Below are positions 57,160-64,000 of a stretch of DNA of 64,000 bases, piece after piece. Within the stretch, counting starts at the first letter, position 1; each line of letters starts with the position of its first letter. Origin of the DNA: an uncultured Flavobacteriaceae bacterium (GTDB lineage: Bacteria; Bacteroidota; Bacteroidia; Flavobacteriales; Flavobacteriaceae); the NCBI GenBank assembly GCA_913048215.1, contig CAJWXC010000001.1, positions 22,747 to 86,746 on the forward strand, in the 5' to 3' direction. Both the position numbers and the translations under genes were made by a program. The notes beneath the pieces are model-generated. The model was not told the DNA's origin, did no database searches, and was given only the letters and a program-made list of their open reading frames with translations.

Positions 57160-58539
57160 CTAATTTGAATCTAGAATTGCTGCAGCTTTTTTGGTAAAAT
57201 TTGCTGCTTTTAAGGTATTGCCCATTGCTGTGTGTGCGATGGCTAATTGCTCATAAAAGTCTTTCTCCAACTTCGCGTTGTCAAGCAAATAATCTAAGCC
57301 TAATGCTAAGGAATTGGCTGCGGCTTTATACAGTTTAAGATTATTGTTTGCTATACCGTTAAATAAATACAATACCGGCTGGGCTGGAAAAATCTCCAGT
57401 GATGCTTGGCTTGTTTTTTCTGCCATTTCAAAGCGGTTAAATTCTAATTGTAATAAAAGGGTGCTTTTAAGTAAGGTGAAATTATCTGGATCTACCTCAA
57501 TCCCTTTTTGATAAAAACTAAGCGCAAGCTCTTTATCTCCCATGGATAGGTAGTAGGCGGCTATTTTCTCAAACACCTTACCGTTGTTATCTTTAGAGAA
57601 CAGCTCCACAATATTTTCAAGCGCTACCTGATATTGGGGGTTTTGCTGCACAAAGGTTAAAAAATCTCCCAAGACTTTGTATTTGCTTTCTTTTTCTATC
57701 ACCCTTGAAGTAAATACTTTTTTCATGGACGCCATGGCGCTTTGTGTGTTGCCTTGATCTAAGTAAAATTTATAAAGTGCTAAGTGCACTAGAGTGTTGT
57801 TTGGAAACTTGCTTTGCAACTCTAAAGCCGTTTGATATGCTTTTTTTGAATTGCCATTTTCACTATACAAATAAATGAGATTAAGGTATTCTCCTTCATT
57901 TGCAGGGTTTTTTTCACGTTTTTTTTCAGCATTGTTGATCGCTCCCAGGGTATTGCCCGTTTGTCTATAGATTTGCTTTCTTAGACCAGTTCTATAAATG
58001 CTCTCACCCCAAGATGTATCTAGTTCATCGAGAAGCAATAGCGCCTTTTGGTATTGTTTTGTTCTTTGATATAAATTCGCCAAATCTTCTTTATAATCTT
58101 GATCAAACACGATTAGCTTTTTTACCAACACAATCGCCTTGTTATACGCTCTTGTTAAGTAATAAAGATCATAGAGAATTTCTAAAACGTCTTGATTTTC
58201 GGGCTCTTGCCGCAGCACCTTTTGAAGGTTTATTTCTGCTTGATTGTATTGCTTGAGCTTTATTTGGTTTTTGGCAAACTCAAAAAACACAATAGCATCT
58301 GCTTGGAGATTTCCGCCAGTTTGTTTTTGAGCTTTTTCTAGAGCAGTAATTGCCAAGGCGTAGTTCTCTATTGATTTTTGTTTTAAAGCCTCATAAAAGC
58401 TTTCTAGAAAGGCGTCTGAAACCTCTTGAGGCTCCCCTAGAGCGGTTGCCGAGACTTCTTGGGCAACTATCAGTCTGGGAGTAAAAAAGGCTCCTAGAAT
58501 GAGTAAAAACAGTAATATGCGTTTAAAATTAAATAGCAA
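57160..58539 (-). CDS. Tetratricopeptide repeat protein
   Basis: Signal peptide, FYEALKQK, repeated TPR-like helices; TTG start. Confidence 0.85.
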   Translation of the reverse strand: MLFNFKRILLFLLILGAFFTPRLIVAQEVSATALGEPQEVSDAFLESFYEALKQKSIENYALAITALEKAQKQTGGNLQADAIVFFEFAKNQIKLKQYNQAEINLQKVLRQEPENQDVLEILYDLYYLTRAYNKAIVLVKKLIVFDQDYKEDLANLYQRTKQYQKALLLLDELDTSWGESIYRTGLRKQIYRQTGNTLGAINNAEKKREKNPANEGEYLNLIYLYSENGNSKKAYQTALELQSKFPNNTLVHLALYKFYLDQGNTQSAMASMKKVFTSRVIEKESKYKVLGDFLTFVQQNPQYQVALENIVELFSKDNNGKVFEKIAAYYLSMGDKELALSFYQKGIEVDPDNFTLLKSTLLLQLEFNRFEMAEKTSQASLEIFPAQPVLYLFNGIANNNLKLYKAAANSLALGLDYLLDNAKLEKDFYEQLAIAHTAMGNTLKAANFTKKAAAILDSN

Positions 58540-58572
58540 TAGATATAATTTGTTGCCCCCCTTTAGGCGGCG

Positions 58573-59589
58573 TTATTTTAATTGACAGTAGTCACCAATG
58601 CTAACGTTGTTGAAATTGCCATTAAAATGAGCATTGTTGCCTATCATTGCATTATCCAAAGACGCATTTTCTATAACGGTATTGGTTTGTATGATGCTGT
58701 TTTTTATAGTGCTATTTTCAATTACCGTGCCCTTCCCTATGGATACAAAAGGACCCACGGTACTATTTGTAAGTACCACATCCTCTCCTATAAAGCAAGG
58801 TTCTATAATAGTAGCGTTGTCTAATCTAGCTGTTTTTGATACTAAAGCAACACCATCTTGTTGCAAAAACCCTAGCATACGGCGGTTGGTTTGTACTGTA
58901 ATTTCTTTATTGCCACAATCCATCCACTGCGTAACTGTGCCAGGCTTAAACACCTTTCCATTATCCATCATTCTTTTTATACCATCATTGATTTGGTATT
59001 CTCCGCCATTTATAATGTTATTATCAAGCACAAACTGAAGTTCTTTTTTAAGCATCCCTACCTCTTTAAAATAGTAAATCCCAATCACCGCTTGGTCACT
59101 AACAAAGTCCTGTGGTTTTTCTACCAGCTCTATGATCTCTTGCTTGTCGTTTAAATTTACAACTCCATATGCCTCTGGATTGTCTACTTTTTTTGTCCAG
59201 ATTACGGCATCTGCCTCTTTGTCTAAATCAAAATCTGCTCTAATTAAAGTATCTGCATAAGCAATAACCGCCGGGCCACTTAGAGATGGTTCTGCGCACA
59301 TAATAGCATGACCGGTTCCCTTTGGATCTAGTTGTCTGTAAATAGTTGGTGTAGCTCCTAAACTCACTGCCAGCTCTTTTAAGCTCTCAATTACATCTTC
59401 ACCAAACCAAGCAGGATCTCCTAAAATGAAAGCTATCTCTTCTATTTCTGTATTTAAAACTCCTACTATATCTGCAACCAACCGGTGTACAATAGGTTTT
59501 CCTGCAACAGGTATTAAAGGCTTTGGCACGGTTAAACTATGCGGGCGAAGGCGGCTTCCGCGACCTGCCATTGGAACTATTATTTTCAT
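58573..59589 (-). CDS. Sugar-phosphate nucleotidyltransferase with left-handed beta-helix tail
   Basis: VPMAGRGSRLRPH, PKPL, VEKP, WMDCG; hexapeptide repeats. Confidence 0.9.
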   Translation of the reverse strand: MKIIVPMAGRGSRLRPHSLTVPKPLIPVAGKPIVHRLVADIVGVLNTEIEEIAFILGDPAWFGEDVIESLKELAVSLGATPTIYRQLDPKGTGHAIMCAEPSLSGPAVIAYADTLIRADFDLDKEADAVIWTKKVDNPEAYGVVNLNDKQEIIELVEKPQDFVSDQAVIGIYYFKEVGMLKKELQFVLDNNIINGGEYQINDGIKRMMDNGKVFKPGTVTQWMDCGNKEITVQTNRRMLGFLQQDGVALVSKTARLDNATIIEPCFIGEDVVLTNSTVGPFVSIGKGTVIENSTIKNSIIQTNTVIENASLDNAMIGNNAHFNGNFNNVSIGDYCQLK

Positions 59590-59647
59590 CTATATTTTAA
59601 TTTATTGCTGTTGTAATAAACAACGGCTAGGTTTGTTGTTTATTTTA

Positions 59648-60082
59648 TTACTTAAGGCCTGTACTACCAAAGCCTCCTTCACCACGATGGGTGTCGCTTA
59701 ATTGAGAGACTTGTTGCCACTGAGCCTGCTCATGCTTGGCAAGTACTAATTGAGCAATTCGGGCTCCATTTTCTACCTCAAAATCGTCATTGCTTAGATT
59801 TACTAAAATAACTCCAACTTCACCTCGGTAGTCTGCATCAATGGTTCCTGGGCTATTTAGTACCGTGACACCTTTTTTTATAGCAAGACCGCTTCTGGGT
59901 CTTACCTGAGCTTCTGTGCCTATTGGTAATTCTATAAATAATCCGGTTTTTATAATAGCCCGTTGCATTGGCTTTAAAACAACTGGCTGAGCTATATAGG
60001 CTCTAATATCCATCCCCGCACTAGCAATGGTCTCATAACTTGGCAGTGGATGGTTTGATTTGTTAATGATCTTTACAGTCAT
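59648..60082 (-). CDS. dut: dUTP diphosphatase
   Basis: [36 protein letters not shown]. Confidence 0.97.
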   Translation of the reverse strand: MTVKIINKSNHPLPSYETIASAGMDIRAYIAQPVVLKPMQRAIIKTGLFIELPIGTEAQVRPRSGLAIKKGVTVLNSPGTIDADYRGEVGVILVNLSNDDFEVENGARIAQLVLAKHEQAQWQQVSQLSDTHRGEGGFGSTGLK

Positions 60083-60149
60083 AAGGTGGTATTTATTGTG
60101 TACTTATCTAGGGCAATTAGCGCTATTTGCATTAGCATAAAATGACATG

Positions 60150-61610
60150 CTATTTTTTAATGATACGTTGTATTTCTTGGCGCTCCAAAAACAAAACTAG
60201 TAACAAAAATACCAATAATAATGCAGTTCCAATCCAAAGGTTTCTCTCAAAAACGTAGAATGATACTCCCGCAAAACCAATTGCAATAACAAGGTATATA
60301 CCAATGCGTTTTACATCATAGGGAACCCGGTAGTATTTGCGCCCTAAAAAATAAGATAGAAACATCATGCCCCCATAAGCTGCAAGGGTTGCCACGGCGG
60401 CTCCCATATAGCTTATCTTAGGTATTAATATAAAGTTTAAACCAAGGGTTATACCGGCTCCAATTACAGAGATATAAGCGCCGTATTTTGTGCGATCAGT
60501 AACTTTGTACCACACAGACAAATTGTGATAAATCCCTAAACATAAATTAGCAAGTAATATAATTGGCACTATAGAAAGAGCTACCCAATAGGCCTCGTTT
60601 TTTATTAAAAGAGTTTTAAAAAAGTCTATGTACACAACAACAACAAGTAGAATAGCACTGCCGCAAATAGCATAGTATTTGGTAATTGCAGCATAGGTGT
60701 TTTTGGCATTTGCCTTATTGGCATGGTTAAAGAAAAAAGGCTCAATACCAAGTCTAAAGGCGGTAGCAAATAGCGTCATAAAAACGCCCAGTTTATAACA
60801 TGCGGCATATACCCCTACCTCACTGGCAGCAATATCTGAAGGTAATAAATAATTGAGCAAAATTTTATCAAACGCTTCATTGACAGAAAAGGCAATGCCT
60901 GCAATGAGCACAGGAAATGAATACCTAATCATCTTTTTCCAGATAGAAACATTGAAATTAAATCCTATTTTAATGTACACGCCCAAAAGCATAACTAGAG
61001 TGGCACCACTTGCGATTACATTAGAAATAAAAACATACAAAACTGCATGATCTTGGGTATATAAAGAGTGCCAAAATGTATTGGGATTGTCAACAACAAG
61101 CAAGGGCAGGGCAAGTAAAAAAAACAAGTTACAACCTAAGTTTATACAAACATTTATGATTTTTATTAGCGCGTATTTTAGTGGTTTTTCGTTGGCTCTA
61201 AACCATACAAAAGGAATAATAACAAGTGCATCTAGCACTAAAATTAAGAGTGCGTAGCTAACAAATTGAGAGTCAAAACCAATGAGGCTTGACAATTGTT
61301 CTCGAAACAAAAAGGCTACTATAAAAAAAGAGAGAGATGAAATCCCTATAGAAACCAACGCTGTAGATTGAACCGTCTTTTTTTGGGAAGGGGCTTTATT
61401 TATAAACCTAAAAAAAGCGGTCTCCATCCCATAGCTTAATACTACATTGCCCAAAATAATATAAGACATCAGGGTAGCGTACAGACCAAAATCTGAGGGC
61501 TTTAGCACGCTGGTATACAAGGGCACTAGTACAATGGCCAAGGCGCGCGGCAAGACCGTTGCCAGACCGTAAATAAATGTTTGTTGAAATAGTTTTTTGA
61601 AAATACGCAA
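60150..61610 (-). CDS. Wzx/MATE-like oligosaccharide flippase
   Basis: QTFIYGL, YGMETAFFRF, GVYAACYKL, EPFFF; many TM segments; TTG start. Confidence 0.88.
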   Translation of the reverse strand: MRIFKKLFQQTFIYGLATVLPRALAIVLVPLYTSVLKPSDFGLYATLMSYIILGNVVLSYGMETAFFRFINKAPSQKKTVQSTALVSIGISSLSFFIVAFLFREQLSSLIGFDSQFVSYALLILVLDALVIIPFVWFRANEKPLKYALIKIINVCINLGCNLFFLLALPLLVVDNPNTFWHSLYTQDHAVLYVFISNVIASGATLVMLLGVYIKIGFNFNVSIWKKMIRYSFPVLIAGIAFSVNEAFDKILLNYLLPSDIAASEVGVYAACYKLGVFMTLFATAFRLGIEPFFFNHANKANAKNTYAAITKYYAICGSAILLVVVVYIDFFKTLLIKNEAYWVALSIVPIILLANLCLGIYHNLSVWYKVTDRTKYGAYISVIGAGITLGLNFILIPKISYMGAAVATLAAYGGMMFLSYFLGRKYYRVPYDVKRIGIYLVIAIGFAGVSFYVFERNLWIGTALLLVFLLLVLFLERQEIQRIIKK

Positions 61611-61698
61611 TACCCTAAATGTTTACCAGCATAAAGGTAGCCAAATTAATTGTTGTGATACCCTACTGCCAACAACCTTTATACACCAACAATAAACT

Positions 61699-61732
61699 AA
61701 AAAAGTCTGTTGCGAAATACCGCAACAGACTT
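61699..61732 (-). terminator. Intrinsic terminator of the atp operon segment (after atpG)
   Basis: 12-bp stem AAGTCTGTTGCG/CGCAACAGACTT with a T tract on the minus strand. Confidence 0.85.
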
Positions 61733-61755
61733 CTTAAATATATGCTGTGTTACTA

Positions 61756-62619
61756 TTATCCAGCCAATGCCTCTGCACCACCAACAATTTCTAGAATTTC
61801 ATTGGTAATAGCAGCTTGACGGGCCTTATTGTACTGCAGTTTTAAAGCATCTCTAAGCTCTGTGGCGTTATCTGTTGCTTTGTGCATGGCTGTCATTCTA
61901 GCTCCGTGCTCACTAGCAACACTATCTCTTATAGCTTTAAATAATTGTGTTTTTAAACTCTTTGGGATTAATCCTTCAACAATCTCTGGCTTTGTTGGCT
62001 CAAAAATATAATCTACCGCATTGGTAGTCTGAGTTTGCTCTGGCGGTAAAATTGGCAAAAACTGTTCTTTCATAACAATTTGCGTAGCAGCATTTTTAAA
62101 ATGATTGTATACCAATACTATCTTATCATAAGTACCATCTGCAAATTTTTCCATTAGCATTTGAGCTATCTCTGACGAGGCTTTAAAGTTTAAATCATCA
62201 AAGATTGTGGCGTTAAAATCTATAACATCCCCGTCTTTACTGATGATATCGTTCCCTTTTTTACCAATGGTCACAAAATCAACCTGCTTGCCCGTATATG
62301 TCTCATCTTTAAGCGCCTTGCTTGCCTTTATAATATTGGTATTAAAAGCTCCTGCCAAGCCACGGTTTGAAGTAATGGCAACAACCAATACTTTGTTTAC
62401 CTCACGCTGTTGCGCAAAACTACTTCCACTATCTGATTCTAGTGTTGCACTTAAGTTCTGTAATAACTCCGTTAATTTTTCAGAATATGGACGCATTGCT
62501 GTAATAGCGTCTTGCGCTTTTTTCAGTTTTGCTGCAGATACCATTTTCATGGCACTGGTGATTTGCATGGTTGATCCAACCGATGCTATTCTGTTTCTAA
62601 TTTCTTTTAAGTTTGCCAT
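61756..62619 (-). CDS. atpG: ATP synthase F1 subunit gamma
   Basis: QITSAMKMVSAAK, RGLAG, SEHGARMTAM, ARQAAITNEILEIVGGA. Confidence 0.97.
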   Translation of the reverse strand: MANLKEIRNRIASVGSTMQITSAMKMVSAAKLKKAQDAITAMRPYSEKLTELLQNLSATLESDSGSSFAQQREVNKVLVVAITSNRGLAGAFNTNIIKASKALKDETYTGKQVDFVTIGKKGNDIISKDGDVIDFNATIFDDLNFKASSEIAQMLMEKFADGTYDKIVLVYNHFKNAATQIVMKEQFLPILPPEQTQTTNAVDYIFEPTKPEIVEGLIPKSLKTQLFKAIRDSVASEHGARMTAMHKATDNATELRDALKLQYNKARQAAITNEILEIVGGAEALAG

Positions 62620-62695
62620 TTTTTAAAGTTATTATTAATAACAGGTAGGCTTAATACTCTTTTACCCCCTTACAGGGGATAAAAGAATATAAAAT

Positions 62696-64000
62696 TTATG
62701 CTCTGTATTTTGCAGATAAATCTGCAGCTACGCTGGTTAGGGTTGCGATTACCTCATCTGTTAATTTTCCAGATTTTAGTGTATCTAACATACCTCTATG
62801 TTGTGCATTTAAAAGCTCTATGTAATCTCTTTCAAACTCTTTTACTTTCTCTACAGGTACATCACGCAGTAAGTTCTTAGAACCGGCATAGATAATTGCA
62901 ATTTGATCTTCTACCGTAAAAGGTGTGTTTTCATTTTGCTTTAAAATCTCTACGTTACGCTTTCCTTTTTCAATTACGTTTAATGTGGCAGCATCAAGAT
63001 CTGAACCAAACTTGGCAAATGCCTCTAGCTCACGATACGCAGCTTGATCAAGCTTAAGAGTACCAGATACCTTCTTCATAGATTTAATCTGCGCATTACC
63101 CCCTACACGAGATACAGAAATACCTACATTAATAGCTGGACGTACTCCAGAATTAAATAAATCTCCATCCAAGAAGATTTGACCATCTGTAATAGAAATT
63201 ACATTGGTTGGTATATAAGCAGATACATCTCCTGCTTGGGTTTCAATAATTGGTAGAGCAGTTAAAGAACCTCCTCCTTTTACAATCCCTTTTAATGATT
63301 CTGGAAGGTCATTCATCTCTGAAGCAATCTTGTCATCATTAATTACTTTGGCAGCACGCTCTAAAAGTCTTGAGTGCAAGAAAAATACATCTCCAGGGTA
63401 TGCCTCACGTCCCGGTGGGCGACGAAGTAGTAATGATACCTCACGGTAGGCAACTGCTTGTTTTGATAAATCATCAAACACAATAAGTGCAGGACGACCT
63501 GTATCTCTAAAGTATTCTCCAATGGCAGCTCCTGCAAAAGGTGCATATACTTGCATTGGTGCTGGATCACTCGCGTTTGCAGCAACAATAGTTGTGTAAG
63601 CTAAGGCTCCTGCCTCATCTAATACCTTTGCAATATTGGCAACCGTTGAAGCCTTTTGTCCAATAGCTACATATATACAGTATACTGGCTGGCCAGCATC
63701 GTAAAATTCTTTTTGATTTAATATCGTGTCAATACAAACAGTAGATTTCCCTGTTTGACGGTCACCAATTACCAATTCACGCTGTCCTCTTCCTACTGGA
63801 ATCATTGCATCAATTGACTTAATACCTGTTTGTAACGGCTCTGTTACAGGCTCACGATAGATCACCCCTGGCGCTTTACGCTCTAGTGGCATCTCATAAG
63901 TTTTACCCTCGATTGCTCCTTTACCATCTATAGGTTCCCCTAGTGTGTTTACAACACGACCAACAACACCCTCACCTACGTTAATCGAGGCAATACGTTG
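62696..64000 (-). CDS. atpA: ATP synthase F1 subunit alpha (5' end lies outside the window)
   Basis: [35 protein letters not shown]. The frame stays open upstream of the track start (…RVVNTLGNPIDGKG…). Confidence 0.97.
   Translation of the reverse strand, partial: QRIASINVGEGVVGRVVNTLGEPIDGKGAIEGKTYEMPLERKAPGVIYREPVTEPLQTGIKSIDAMIPVGRGQRELVIGDRQTGKSTVCIDTILNQKEFYDAGQPVYCIYVAIGQKASTVANIAKVLDEAGALAYTTIVAANASDPAPMQVYAPFAGAAIGEYFRDTGRPALIVFDDLSKQAVAYREVSLLLRRPPGREAYPGDVFFLHSRLLERAAKVINDDKIASEMNDLPESLKGIVKGGGSLTALPIIETQAGDVSAYIPTNVISITDGQIFLDGDLFNSGVRPAINVGISVSRVGGNAQIKSMKKVSGTLKLDQAAYRELEAFAKFGSDLDAATLNVIEKGKRNVEILKQNENTPFTVEDQIAIIYAGSKNLLRDVPVEKVKEFERDYIELLNAQHRGMLDTLKSGKLTDEVIATLTSVAADLSAKYRA

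Noticed and set aside
1-64000. CRISPR arrays, tRNA/rRNA genes, IS elements, prophage or defence genes
   Set aside because: I saw no regularly spaced repeats, cloverleaf or rRNA signatures, transposases, integrases or phage genes, and the intergenic gaps are short (at most about 400 bp).

Overview
A gene-dense, AT-rich chromosomal segment from a member of the Flavobacteriaceae (Bacteroidota), inferred from gene content, gene order and recurrent TAnnTTTG promoter boxes. It contains the start of a MoxR/DUF58/Bat operon, a GH2+GH20 glycosidase pair, a CAP lipoprotein, nbaC, an ALDH7-type aldehyde dehydrogenase, trpS, tatA, an M23/GH3/DUF6909 block, and a ~15 kb surface-polysaccharide locus (rfbBACD, Wzz-like, Wzx, three Wzy/ligase-like proteins, a pyruvyltransferase, GT2/GT4, UDP-GlcA decarboxylase, WcaJ-like). 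Housekeeping genes follow: purF, a PfkB kinase, RNase H1, purN, acpP-fabF-rnc, pyk, dinB, cutC, dprA, an EnvC-like protein, dut, atpG and a partial atpA. I saw no rRNA, tRNA, CRISPR array or mobile element. The most notable observation is a candidate ~77-nt small RNA on the minus strand at ~39925-40001, with its own promoter box and terminator. Its two exposed segments (AUAAGUAGGU and AAAUUUGGGGCA) are complementary to three sites in the 5' and 3' UTRs of the CAP-lipoprotein gene about 31 kb away, and two of those sites sit in hairpin loops. This suggests an sRNA-target or sponge circuit. It is inferred from sequence only and has not been checked against any database.
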